64,000 bases of DNA from Methanobacteriota archaeon (GCA_002722615.1 PBMQ01000036.1:3207-67206), one strand, 5' to 3'. Positions 19,450-29,080 are shown, counted from the stretch's first letter. The notes: a model not told the origin generated them from the letters alone. Translations and numbers: made by a program.

Positions 19450-20442
19450 ATGAACATGGAGAGCGGGAAGAAGAACCCTTGGCCGCTGCGTATGCTCATT
19501 GCATCAATGGCGTGTTTCGTACTCGGAAGCATCCTCTTACTCGGGCAAATGGATTCCATCAGCGACGCGCTCGATCCTGAGCGCAACAACGTAGGTTCTC
19601 TTGATGCTGGCTCGGAGAATCAGAAACTCATAACTGTCACTGATGATGGTTGTTATCGTGCATATGGAGTAAATTTCGAAGGAAACATTACCCTCTCAGA
19701 ACTTGATGGGTCTGATGTCAAAGAGCCTGAAAAAGAATCGAAATGTAAACTTGATTGGAATGCAATGTCTGCTGACGGCAGTGTTGAATACGCAGTGCTT
19801 GGATCGTGGGAGCTTACGAGAGGCGACTATCTTCTGAAAGTCGAATGCGTGGGAACGTGTGCCAACGAAACGGTTTGGTTAACCTCAATCGATAAAATGG
19901 AGAGTGGCCTTTTCGCAACTCCTTGGGTCATGATTGGCGGTGCTGTTTGCTGTCTAGGAATTTTCCTCTTGCCCTTATCTGGTGTCCTTCTCGCGTTCTC
20001 TCAAAACCGAAAACAGGGTGTCATGATGGTCGTTGGGCCCGATGGAAACCTGATGCCATTGACGGATCTCACCCCTGATGTTATTCAAGAACAAATCAAT
20101 ACAATGAATCAGGGCGCTAGTGAAGATATTGGTTTTGACGTACGAACAGGCGAATACATGAATCAGCAACAAAACAATGCTAACCAACAAATGGATGGAG
20201 CGATGGATGTCCAAGCAGGTAGTATGCTAACTACTGAACAAGTATACGCACTCATGCGAGGTGATGTGGAATCAGCAACACCTCAGGAACAAAATGAGCA
20301 ACAAGTTCCCGACCCATTCCCAGCTCCTGTAGCCCAATCTCCTGTGACTGCACCAGCGTTTGAAGTCACGTCGAAACCTGCTGTTGAACGGAAGATTCCT
20401 GTTGCCAAAGACGAAGATTGGCAATCATGGGATGAAGACTGA
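19450..20442 (+). CDS. bitopic/2-TM membrane protein with Cys-containing ectodomain and Q/N-rich cytoplasmic tail
   Basis: TM1 'LRMLIASMACFVLGSILLLG', TM2 'VMIGGAVCCLGIFLLPLSGVLLAF', then 'MNQQQNNANQQMDG...'. No family recognised. Confidence 0.45.
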   Translation: MNMESGKKNPWPLRMLIASMACFVLGSILLLGQMDSISDALDPERNNVGSLDAGSENQKLITVTDDGCYRAYGVNFEGNITLSELDGSDVKEPEKESKCKLDWNAMSADGSVEYAVLGSWELTRGDYLLKVECVGTCANETVWLTSIDKMESGLFATPWVMIGGAVCCLGIFLLPLSGVLLAFSQNRKQGVMMVVGPDGNLMPLTDLTPDVIQEQINTMNQGASEDIGFDVRTGEYMNQQQNNANQQMDGAMDVQAGSMLTTEQVYALMRGDVESATPQEQNEQQVPDPFPAPVAQSPVTAPAFEVTSKPAVERKIPVAKDEDWQSWDED

Positions 20443-20474
20443 CATTCAATGGCTATTTCATCCGACGAGTTCAA

Positions 20475-21245
20475 ATGAGTCCTTCTCTACCTAACTACAG
20501 GTTGAGTAGTATGGACGAACTAGAACGCTCCTTGATGTTGCTTCAAAATAAGACCCGCCGGTCCATCCTTGAACGACTGGTTCGAGAACCACATTATCCA
20601 ATGCAACTTGCTGATTTAATCGGCGTAAGTCAGCAAGCAATCGTCAAGCATCTCAAAGAACTGGAGCGAGGTAATCTTGTTGAAAAGATGAAAGTTCCGA
20701 GTGAAAGGGGCGGCCCTCCACGAACAATTTTCAGGGTCTGTGAAGCCTTTTCTCTTCGCGTTGATTTAGGCCCTGATCTCTTCAAAATTGAGAGAAGAAA
20801 GCTTCCATCAGGAGGTCCCCTAAGATTAAGTTCGAGATTACCTGAACATGCCCAACCAATTGCTGAACTTGTTAGTGGTCGTAAGAAAATTAGCGTTACA
20901 GAAGGTGTTGTTCACCTCGAACAATTGAATGAGCAACTCGAATTACTCGATCGACAACGCGACGCACTCATTGCCTTGCATCAGCAGATTCGGGGACGAG
21001 TTTCCGCTGCAGTGGATACTGATTTCGAAGATTACTCTCAGCGAACAATGGTTCACACCTTGATTGAAACACCTCGAGTGAAGCCAGATCTTGGATTAAT
21101 GGCGCAAGAACTCAATCTTACTGAGAATGATATCTCTGTCGTCATGTCCCGTGTACGGGAACTCGTTGAACGTCAGCGAACTGACCGATCCGGTGAAGTT
21201 GTCGCCATTGACGACAATCCCGAATTGCGATGGTGGCTTGGTTAA
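20475..21245 (+). CDS. ArsR-type winged-helix transcriptional regulator with extended C-terminal helical region
   Basis: 'RRSILERLVREPHYPMQLADLIGVSQQAIVKHLKELERGNLVEK' is a classic ArsR/SmtB HTH. About 170 aa of additional coiled-coil-like sequence follows. Confidence 0.65.
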   Translation: MSPSLPNYRLSSMDELERSLMLLQNKTRRSILERLVREPHYPMQLADLIGVSQQAIVKHLKELERGNLVEKMKVPSERGGPPRTIFRVCEAFSLRVDLGPDLFKIERRKLPSGGPLRLSSRLPEHAQPIAELVSGRKKISVTEGVVHLEQLNEQLELLDRQRDALIALHQQIRGRVSAAVDTDFEDYSQRTMVHTLIETPRVKPDLGLMAQELNLTENDISVVMSRVRELVERQRTDRSGEVVAIDDNPELRWWLG

Positions 21246-21250
21246 TTCAC

Positions 21251-24200
21251 TCACGCGTCGGCTTCATCACCGAGAACAGACATCAGTGACGACTGTTCAG
21301 CGATTCGATCCTTCACTGCAGCACGGCGGCCTCGGCCGACAAGATACAAGACACCGAAGAGCGAAAAGGTCAGCAAGACAATCATAGTTGGTAGTGCAAC
21401 TTTACCAGCAACTTCACCAGCAACATCCAAGAATGGGTTCGAGGAACCGAGCTCGGTTGAAATTCGGACGATATTGTCGCCTTCATTTGCCTCAACGATG
21501 GTGTTTCCTGGGTCGACAACGACGTAGACGTTCTTGCTACCTGCAGTAACTGGGTAAAGCATGTACAGTTCGATTACACGTTCTGTTTGAGAATCGTCTG
21601 GCTTGTCCAATGCACCAATGATTTGTCGCATGACAATACTTTCTTCATCACACATGTTGTTGTTCTTGCGAATTTCTTTCAACATGTCATCATCATCGTA
21701 CTCACAAAGAATGACTTCGATATCTGATGCGTGAACGTTTCCTGTGTTTGCAATCTCAATACGAATTGGGATTGATTCACCAACATCTGCTGAAGTGACA
21801 TCAGTTGAGGCTGATTTCACAACGAGATCTGGTGCACGTAGGTTGATGGTCACAATCTTCTCGTTTGAGTCCAACAGATCGCCGACCCATGACGCAGAAT
21901 CATCATGGTCGCCACCTTCCTCAGCGTTGCCCATCATCGAGACTACCTTGAGGCCAAGGCTTCGAGTGAGCAACTGTGCTCCTGGGTCAATCGATACGAC
22001 TGCAACCATGGTGTATGTTTGGTATGGGTCCATTTCCGGTAGCCTCCATTCATCAATGTCCGACAAGTACACGCAGCTGTCTTCTGGGTAGGATGCTGCT
22101 GTTGAGAGTGTTGTTACACAATCCTCCTCACTTTCGAGATCCAATCCAACTTGGCGAATCATTCGCCAATCGACATCCCAACCAGCAAGTGTCCCCATTC
22201 CAGGATCTTCGTTGACTGTAATGTCTGAGCCTGAACGGATGGATGTGTGATTGTCAAGGGTTGGAACGTCGGGAACGTTTCCTGCGTTTGTGATGTTGAC
22301 GATGAATCGTACAACACGGCCAGGTGCAGAAGTCTTGACATCGTTTTCTACAGTTGGGTCCATGGTGATTTGCATGTCATGGAATTCACGGACTGTTACT
22401 GTCAATGTTGTAATGTCCCGCAAGCGAGTCATACGTCCTGATGCGTCCTCATCCTTTTGTTCGGACTTGGTGTGGAAGACCACTGTGTAGTCACCAGCAG
22501 GGACTTGTTGTGGAATGCCCATGAGAACCTCAAAGGTTTGAGATGAGCCTGAATCGAGTTCTTCCAAGGTGTTACGAGGGATGGTAATGTCCCAAATGAC
22601 ATCGACTCCAGAGGAATCGGTTACACGTGCAAGAGTGTAATCGAAGCGATCTGGACCGTTTCCGTTGTTGCTAACTGTGGTTGGGAGAATGATGGCGTCA
22701 CCAGGATTGACGGTGAGCTGTTCATCATCTACGAGGGCGACATCGGTCTTGAGTTGGTAAACGTGATCAACGTCAACTTGCAGAATCTTGGCGGCTGAGA
22801 TCTTAGGATACCCTTTGAGATTTGCCTTGATTGTCACTGCCTTTCCGAGGCCCGCTGGGGCATCATCTGGCGCACAAATCTTAACCTTGACAACGTGCAT
22901 TCGATAATCATCGCCTGACATGAGAACCCACGGATAGGACACACCATCAGGGTTTAAGCTAAGTCCGTTCGGGAAGATTACTTCTGTAGTCCAATTGTCT
23001 TCATTTTCAGTTGTACCAGGGGTTGTAAAGACGAGGTCACCAGTATCGAAGTATTTCTCGACTTCAATTTCGAATACATGACAATTCGGATCCAATGCAT
23101 TCGGGGCATACGGAGCAGGCGTTACCATCGCTTCTTGGTCTGTAATGTTGAACACAATGTTGTTCGAAGAGCGGATTGAAACGAAAACTCCCAGTTCAAG
23201 AATATCGTATGTTCCTTTCTCGACAGACTTGACGGGTTCGCCTGCGGACCAACCCTTCAGCAAGATAACGAAGGCCCCTGGGTCTTCAGAGGTAGGGACA
23301 TTAATCTCAAGATTCTTGGTCACTGTTTGTTGTGGATCAAGTTGTACACTGAGCGGGAAGTTAACATCCCAAGCGAACGGCAGGAGCCACTCTTGACGGC
23401 CTTCTAAGGTCTGAGGATCCCAGAAGAGGAAGGTGTCAGCAACGTTTCCTGTATTGGTGATTGTGATCGAGAAAATCGCAGTTTGGCCCTGTTCAACGTC
23501 TGCTACACTGTGCGATGCATCAAGATCAATTCCGTGGACAACGTCCATCAGGGTGAGTGTTGTAATCTCGGAGCGGATTGCAGGGTCCTTGTAGGACTTA
23601 GCGTCCACTCGGATTTCAGCTAGCTCATCGGCGCCTGCTTGATAAATCGAAGGAGCCCGAACCCGGAGGTAGAATCGGATTGATTCTCCACCCTCAAGTG
23701 CGATTTCAGTATCTGGGAAAATTGCAGTATGATTATCTGCGAAGAACAGAGTTGCTGTCCAGTTGGTTGGAACGCCTGTAATGTTGAGTCCGTAACTGTC
23801 TGCCACCAAGTCCTTCGGACCCGGTGTTGAGTTATTCATTGTGAGATTGTATATGGTTTGTTCACCGGGTTCAATCACATGATAGAACGTCTCGCCATCA
23901 TCGAATTCAACATCGACTTGTCCAGTCAATACGTGAGAATAACAGACCGTAAATCGGTTGTTATTGGTCTCATCGTTACACTTGTTCGTATCCGACCAAG
24001 CCACGTGAGCGCCGCTACCCAAATCGTTCGAGAAGGCGGGCGGCATACCGATGCTTGGCTTGTACCCTGAATTCGGACCCAATTTGTTCGAGGACCAAGA
24101 GGTGATTGCAACCGTTTCCCATGGGTCAAGAGCTGTTAGTCCGTCGCCTTCGAGAGAAGTATGGTTCAAACGCACGTAAAGGAGTTCCTCACCTGCAGAG

Positions 24201-26260
24201 GTGTTTGCAGAATCGACCCAAGCAATGTGGATTTGGTTTTGATCGTCAGTAAGGAGTGAAGGGAAGACCGAGTTGCCGCCCCATGGAGCATTTGGTGGCA
24301 AGCCTGCGTTGGTCTCAACGTTTGAAATCGGAGTGTCGTTGATTTTCTTAATTGCGTAAGTCGAGAGTCCATCGTCGCGACCATCGAATTCACCAGCGCC
24401 TTGGAGGCGGAGTTTTGTGTAGTAAATTTCGTAGTTGACGTCCTTTTCAAATCCATAGTCTCTGCCGTCCATCCATGCAATGTGGGTGTTTCCTTCCATG
24501 TCAACACCGATAGATGGGTGGAATGAGTATGCATCATCGATTGTAACGCGTGTGTCGTTAACGACAACGAGGTGGCCATCGGCTCCTCTTCCAGTATCCT
24601 CAATGTAGGCGCCGTTCTGAGTGACGGTTCCTGAGACACCAGGTGTCCAACTTGGATCATTGTTCATCTTACCATATGGGTCAAGAACAGACATGTAAAT
24701 TTCTCGAGAATTGTTGGTTGAAATGTAAACCATTGCTTCGACGAGGAGGGCCATTTGGGCTGTATTAGCACCGCTTGATGGGAACTCATAGACTTGTCCG
24801 CCAGCATCGGTTGAACGTATGGTGTTACCAGGGCAGTTGCGCGCAGCCACACTCTGAACGCCATTCGGGCATTGTGAGAGATCTTTGAAGTGGGATTGAA
24901 CGTTAGTTGCACCACCATAAGTTTGTCCATACATGCCGACTGGGACGACGCCTGCAGTGACACAATTGTCGTGTGCTTCCTCAATGGAAGTAGTATCGTC
25001 AGCCTGTTGTGATGGGTCACCGTCTTTCGGACCTTCATCGGAAATAGGAATTACAATCTTGGTTGCATTTGGGTTCCACTTGTGATCGTCTTGTGTTGGT
25101 GGATTTCCGGGAATGTTACCATTAGAATCTTTCCATGATAGGCACGCCCAATTTGTACCTGGGCCCCAATCTTCTCCGGAGTACCCAGAGTATGTGTTTC
25201 CGTTGTAAACGGTTCCAGGAAGTTTTCGGATACCACCGGAGTCATCTCCGTCGACAATCCCTAGAGCTGTTGGCCGGGGGCCAGCGTTCTGGTTGTAGCT
25301 AGCGCAATTTCCGCTACTAGCCGCACCTGGCAAGGTGTTGCCAAGACCGTAAATGGTTTCGTACACGGTCATGTTTCCTTCCTCTAACAATGGCTTAATT
25401 CCTTGGAAGGAACCACTACCTGAAAAACTACCACCGTAAATGACAGTACAAACATCAGCCCATTCGGAGTACATCGATCCTGATGTATCGATGACGAAAA
25501 CAAGTTCAACCTTACCTCCACGCGTATCGTCCCATGCGATTTGGACCAAATCATTGGAGTCCACAACAATATCAGGGTGACCCTTGTGACCAATGATCGG
25601 AGTTAGAAGGGTATCTTCGAATAACGTGAGGACGGACCCGCCATTGAATTCTGGTTGAATCATGGTGTAGTAAATTTGGGGCTGGTTGAAGAACCGTTGA
25701 AGTTCATCATACGAATCCTGCCATGCGATGTGAAGGTTTCCTTGACTGTCAACGTCGATGGATGGCCAGTCACGGTCCTGAGCGCGCATCGAAATGATGG
25801 TGTCGTCAATGACTGAAATTGCGGTGTCCTCTGCAGCCATACCGTCGAGCGGAGCAAGGTACGGGTTGATGGACGTGTACATGATCTTGTGCTGGCCAGA
25901 TTTATCTGCCCAGACCAAGTGGATTCGGTCGTTGTCGTCAACGACCATATCTGGATGCCAGACCTTGTGAAGTCCGGGGTTTGTGATTTGGGTAGCGTCA
26001 ATAAGTGTTTCACCACGTGGCGAAATCATCGAGTAGTACAGGTGCTGCGTGTTTCTAGCCCATACGATGTGGACGTTACCTTCACTGTCCGATGCTACAG
26101 CCGCTTGACTGTCAGAGGCTGTTCCGCCGTCGACAACTCGCACTGCTTCAGTGATGACAACTTGAGATGCTTCCGCTTGTTCAGTTCCAAGAACCATTCC
26201 TGAAAATAAAGATAGCAGAAATAGACTGACGAGAGTTATCGATTTAGTTGTTTGACGCAT
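21251..26260 (-). CDS. giant cell-surface protein: signal peptide, 7-repeat propeller-like region with inserted vWA domain, multiple CARDB/Ig-like domains, C-terminal TM anchor
   Basis: Signal 'MRQTTKSITLVSLFLLSLFSGMVLG'. Seven 'h(I/V)(A/V)WxD' repeats. MIDAS 'VFVIDTSGSM' ... 'IVIPISDEGP'. CARDB-like 'ITNTGNVAD', 'ITNAGNVPD', 'IANTGNVHA', 'VSNNGNGPD'. C-terminal 'LPTMIVLLTFSLFGVLYLVGRGRR'. Confidence 0.8.
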   Translation of the reverse strand: MRQTTKSITLVSLFLLSLFSGMVLGTEQAEASQVVITEAVRVVDGGTASDSQAAVASDSEGNVHIVWARNTQHLYYSMISPRGETLIDATQITNPGLHKVWHPDMVVDDNDRIHLVWADKSGQHKIMYTSINPYLAPLDGMAAEDTAISVIDDTIISMRAQDRDWPSIDVDSQGNLHIAWQDSYDELQRFFNQPQIYYTMIQPEFNGGSVLTLFEDTLLTPIIGHKGHPDIVVDSNDLVQIAWDDTRGGKVELVFVIDTSGSMYSEWADVCTVIYGGSFSGSGSFQGIKPLLEEGNMTVYETIYGLGNTLPGAASSGNCASYNQNAGPRPTALGIVDGDDSGGIRKLPGTVYNGNTYSGYSGEDWGPGTNWACLSWKDSNGNIPGNPPTQDDHKWNPNATKIVIPISDEGPKDGDPSQQADDTTSIEEAHDNCVTAGVVPVGMYGQTYGGATNVQSHFKDLSQCPNGVQSVAARNCPGNTIRSTDAGGQVYEFPSSGANTAQMALLVEAMVYISTNNSREIYMSVLDPYGKMNNDPSWTPGVSGTVTQNGAYIEDTGRGADGHLVVVNDTRVTIDDAYSFHPSIGVDMEGNTHIAWMDGRDYGFEKDVNYEIYYTKLRLQGAGEFDGRDDGLSTYAIKKINDTPISNVETNAGLPPNAPWGGNSVFPSLLTDDQNQIHIAWVDSANTSAGEELLYVRLNHTSLEGDGLTALDPWETVAITSWSSNKLGPNSGYKPSIGMPPAFSNDLGSGAHVAWSDTNKCNDETNNNRFTVCYSHVLTGQVDVEFDDGETFYHVIEPGEQTIYNLTMNNSTPGPKDLVADSYGLNITGVPTNWTATLFFADNHTAIFPDTEIALEGGESIRFYLRVRAPSIYQAGADELAEIRVDAKSYKDPAIRSEITTLTLMDVVHGIDLDASHSVADVEQGQTAIFSITITNTGNVADTFLFWDPQTLEGRQEWLLPFAWDVNFPLSVQLDPQQTVTKNLEINVPTSEDPGAFVILLKGWSAGEPVKSVEKGTYDILELGVFVSIRSSNNIVFNITDQEAMVTPAPYAPNALDPNCHVFEIEVEKYFDTGDLVFTTPGTTENEDNWTTEVIFPNGLSLNPDGVSYPWVLMSGDDYRMHVVKVKICAPDDAPAGLGKAVTIKANLKGYPKISAAKILQVDVDHVYQLKTDVALVDDEQLTVNPGDAIILPTTVSNNGNGPDRFDYTLARVTDSSGVDVIWDITIPRNTLEELDSGSSQTFEVLMGIPQQVPAGDYTVVFHTKSEQKDEDASGRMTRLRDITTLTVTVREFHDMQITMDPTVENDVKTSAPGRVVRFIVNITNAGNVPDVPTLDNHTSIRSGSDITVNEDPGMGTLAGWDVDWRMIRQVGLDLESEEDCVTTLSTAASYPEDSCVYLSDIDEWRLPEMDPYQTYTMVAVVSIDPGAQLLTRSLGLKVVSMMGNAEEGGDHDDSASWVGDLLDSNEKIVTINLRAPDLVVKSASTDVTSADVGESIPIRIEIANTGNVHASDIEVILCEYDDDDMLKEIRKNNNMCDEESIVMRQIIGALDKPDDSQTERVIELYMLYPVTAGSKNVYVVVDPGNTIVEANEGDNIVRISTELGSSNPFLDVAGEVAGKVALPTMIVLLTFSLFGVLYLVGRGRRAAVKDRIAEQSSLMSVLGDEADA

Positions 26261-26349
26261 GGTACCACCTGTGTAACAAGAACGTGTATTCACCACTACT
26301 TAATCGCGACCCTTACGCGTCAGTTTCAAAACGCATCATGAAGCCGTTT

Positions 26350-26976
26350 TCAGGCCCATTCTTCAGGATCCAACCCCGTGCCAAATGGCATGGTATCATT
26401 GTACTCAATTTGGGCAGGTTCAGAAGGTTTGTTTTCAGTTTGATTCTGTTTCTTCTGGTTGGCCCAATCATCCACAGGGCCCGGCTCTCCCTTTCCAGGG
26501 CCATATGCGAATTTAATCTCATGAATCATACTCAATTTTGCAAGCCACAATCGACGGAGGCTGTGCATGAGGGCATTCTTGTTCAACCCATCAAACCAGA
26601 TTGGAAGGCTGACGTTGAACGCTTGAAGTGGCCCTGGCTTCTCCTTACCATCATGGCCCATGTGGATGCCCCAATCGAGTTCTGCACGCATCAGTGAAAG
26701 CCGACATTCGTGAACCCATTCAGACCATACCTCTGGTTCTTCATTCATGTGTTCTTTCATCTGGTCTTGTTGGCCCGAATCAACACGTGTCATACTGGAA
26801 ATAAAGACAAGGTCTCGCCCTTTGGGTAAAACGACTGCAAACATGTGTCCTTGGGGGCCTGGAGGGTAGCGAACCAGTAAGTGCGCATCAGCACGTGGGT
26901 CGTTTTTGTCACGAATTTCAAGTCGCTCACTGGCAAGCCATTGCCGGATTTGTTGTATCTGACCGGAATCGACCAT
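26350..26976 (-). CDS. hypothetical protein (N-terminal half possibly YbjN/DUF2299-like)
   Basis: 208-aa ORF with an ATG start and normal-looking composition. 'AHLLVRYPPGPQGHMFAVVLPKGRDLVFISSMTRV' weakly recalls YbjN-type sensor/chaperone-like folds. No firm family assignment. Confidence 0.45.
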   Translation of the reverse strand: MVDSGQIQQIRQWLASERLEIRDKNDPRADAHLLVRYPPGPQGHMFAVVLPKGRDLVFISSMTRVDSGQQDQMKEHMNEEPEVWSEWVHECRLSLMRAELDWGIHMGHDGKEKPGPLQAFNVSLPIWFDGLNKNALMHSLRRLWLAKLSMIHEIKFAYGPGKGEPGPVDDWANQKKQNQTENKPSEPAQIEYNDTMPFGTGLDPEEWA

Positions 26977-27013
26977 GTTATTGCGGAGCGCTAGGGTAAT
27001 TTGAACTCAACGC

Positions 27014-28618
27014 TTATCGAGAGGTTAAATCCGATGTAAGCGAGCGAAGTCGTTCTTCGAGACTTTGCGCGTAGGCTCGTCCTGTTGTAAGCCGTGAAAC
27101 GGCCCTGCGGGCGTCAACATATCCATCCCACCAAAATCCAAACATTCTGCCTGAACTCCAGAAAAGAGGGAACATCAAGACATAAATTACTACTAAGGAA
27201 ATAATTTCATTTCCTGCGAATGTCAATATGTCAATAGAAAGGATGGAAGATACATCAGAGGCATTCAACCAAACAAGCCATGTTCCAGCAATTGCGCAGA
27301 ACGGCCAGATCATTACAGAACCAAACATCGCTGCCAAAAACTGGTATGTCGTTCTTGCATCGACGCCCTCGTCCGTTCGATCCCCAAGGAATCGCCCAAG
27401 AGTAAGTTGTGGAGATAATGAGAGAATAAACGCAGGCAATAACGCTGCCATGAGAAGGGTCTTGATTCCGAAACTTATGCCATGAAGAGGATTGCCTTTT
27501 CGTAGGCGAAGTCCGGACGAATCCAAGTCTCTACCATCGAGATTCCGTTCCTTCAATTGAATGTGAATAGCCTTAGCGGAATCGACTACGGGGTGGACAA
27601 CCTTAGGGGGTTTCCCGTCTTCACCCTCTGGGTGAGTTTGGTAACGATCCCTGACTTCACGTGCTGCGAGAACTTCTTTTCTCCATGTGGCAAGAGGATT
27701 CTTGTCCCTCCTTGATTCAAGTTGGGCAATGAGATGGTATGCACCGTGTTCCTCCCAACATGGGACATTTGGTGTAATTGGAAGAAGGTGGGGGCGCAAA
27801 CCGTCGCGAAGAGAGCGAACAAGATCGCCCGGTGGTTCAACCCATTCCCGTTTTTTTACCGCTTGGATAAGATCTTGTGGAATCTCATCTTCTGGTAAGT
27901 AATAGGGTTCTACAAATTCCACCCACATGTCTGTACGGTAATGGTGCCTGGTTCGGAAGTGAAGGCCCACAGGTTGGAGGACAGGGCATTTTTTGCCGGA
28001 TGCTTTTGAGATTGCTGCGGCTGCAAGGACGGTTCGCATAGGCCCGGTTCTAAATCGCAACATGTGTGCTAGGTCATGGCTTGTTCCTTCTGGAAACAGA
28101 ACACAACCAAACCCGCTAGAAATACCAGTTGCGAGCGTGAGGAGGGAGCGCCCATTCAGATTCGTAGCTTCTTCTTCACTGCAACCTCCTCGGAGAAGTT
28201 CTGCCTTCCGAACAACTGGTTGAACCGCAAGTCTACGAGTCCAGAAAGAAAGTACTGGCCTCGTAACCAAATCGTGCCGGCCGCCCATGACGAATTCCTT
28301 TGGATGTGCAAGCATAATACCGAGTGGATCGATGAGGCCATTTGTGTGCCAAGCGGCACAAAGTGAACCCCTGTCCGCAGGGATATGCTCCATTCCAGAA
28401 TATTCGATTGAACGAAATTGGTTTGCGGCTGTTCGGCGACAAAAGAAAAAGGCAAGTTTTGTCCAGAAAGGGCTCCCAGGAGTGTCTTTGTCGAAGGAAG
28501 GCATCGGAGTGTTGAGCAACTTTTCCATCTTCATGTTGGCCGAAGATTTGGATAAAACGGGGAGAGCTTCTCCCCGATGGTCAACGACACCGTCGAATGG
28601 GGCAACGCCTTTTACCAT
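27014..28618 (-). CDS. PlsC/LPLAT-superfamily glycerolipid acyltransferase with C-terminal multi-TM domain
   Basis: His/Asp box 'AAWHTNGLIDPLG' (HX4D-like, one residue longer) and block III 'VLFPEGTSHD'. C-terminal ~170 aa contain 4-5 TM helices. The ATG lies 2 nt after the HIT gene stop. Confidence 0.7.
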   Translation of the reverse strand: MVKGVAPFDGVVDHRGEALPVLSKSSANMKMEKLLNTPMPSFDKDTPGSPFWTKLAFFFCRRTAANQFRSIEYSGMEHIPADRGSLCAAWHTNGLIDPLGIMLAHPKEFVMGGRHDLVTRPVLSFWTRRLAVQPVVRKAELLRGGCSEEEATNLNGRSLLTLATGISSGFGCVLFPEGTSHDLAHMLRFRTGPMRTVLAAAAISKASGKKCPVLQPVGLHFRTRHHYRTDMWVEFVEPYYLPEDEIPQDLIQAVKKREWVEPPGDLVRSLRDGLRPHLLPITPNVPCWEEHGAYHLIAQLESRRDKNPLATWRKEVLAAREVRDRYQTHPEGEDGKPPKVVHPVVDSAKAIHIQLKERNLDGRDLDSSGLRLRKGNPLHGISFGIKTLLMAALLPAFILSLSPQLTLGRFLGDRTDEGVDARTTYQFLAAMFGSVMIWPFCAIAGTWLVWLNASDVSSILSIDILTFAGNEIISLVVIYVLMFPLFWSSGRMFGFWWDGYVDARRAVSRLTTGRAYAQSLEERLRSLTSDLTSR

Positions 28619-28620
28619 CG

Positions 28621-29058
28621 TTAGACCACCTTTGTAATCGTGCTTGCCAAAAGACCCAGAGCATCATGATCGGGTTCACCGATTGGAGAATGCGGCCACA
28701 TCGCTGCAAGAGTTGAACCAGAGTCTCCATTTGTCCTTGGGAGAACGTGGACGTGAACATGAGGTATTTCCTGGCCTGCAAGAGGGCCATCATGAACGAT
28801 GATCGTGAAGTCTCTCGTATCGAAATATTTGGAGAGAAGCGCTTGGACGCTTACAACACCATTCATCAGATTGCTTCGTTCCACTTCAGAAAGTTCGGTC
28901 ATTCGCTGCACTGGAGTGGTTGGAATGACAAGTGTGTGGCCCTCTCGCCGGGGAAAAATGTCTAGAAATGCGAACCATCCTTCTCCAGAACCAATGGTAT
29001 GGGAAGGGATTTCTCCAGAGAGGATTCGTTCGAAGAGTGTTTCTTCGGCCATATTCAT
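28621..29058 (-). CDS. HIT-family (histidine triad) nucleotide hydrolase/transferase
   Basis: 'LFERILSGEIPS...FLDIFPRREGHTLVIP' and histidine triad 'HVHVHVLPR'. Track ORF 28621-29325 trimmed to the first ATG after the upstream stop. Confidence 0.85.
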   Translation of the reverse strand: MNMAEETLFERILSGEIPSHTIGSGEGWFAFLDIFPRREGHTLVIPTTPVQRMTELSEVERSNLMNGVVSVQALLSKYFDTRDFTIIVHDGPLAGQEIPHVHVHVLPRTNGDSGSTLAAMWPHSPIGEPDHDALGLLASTITKVV

Positions 29059-29080
29059 CCCAATTGGATTGTACAAATAA

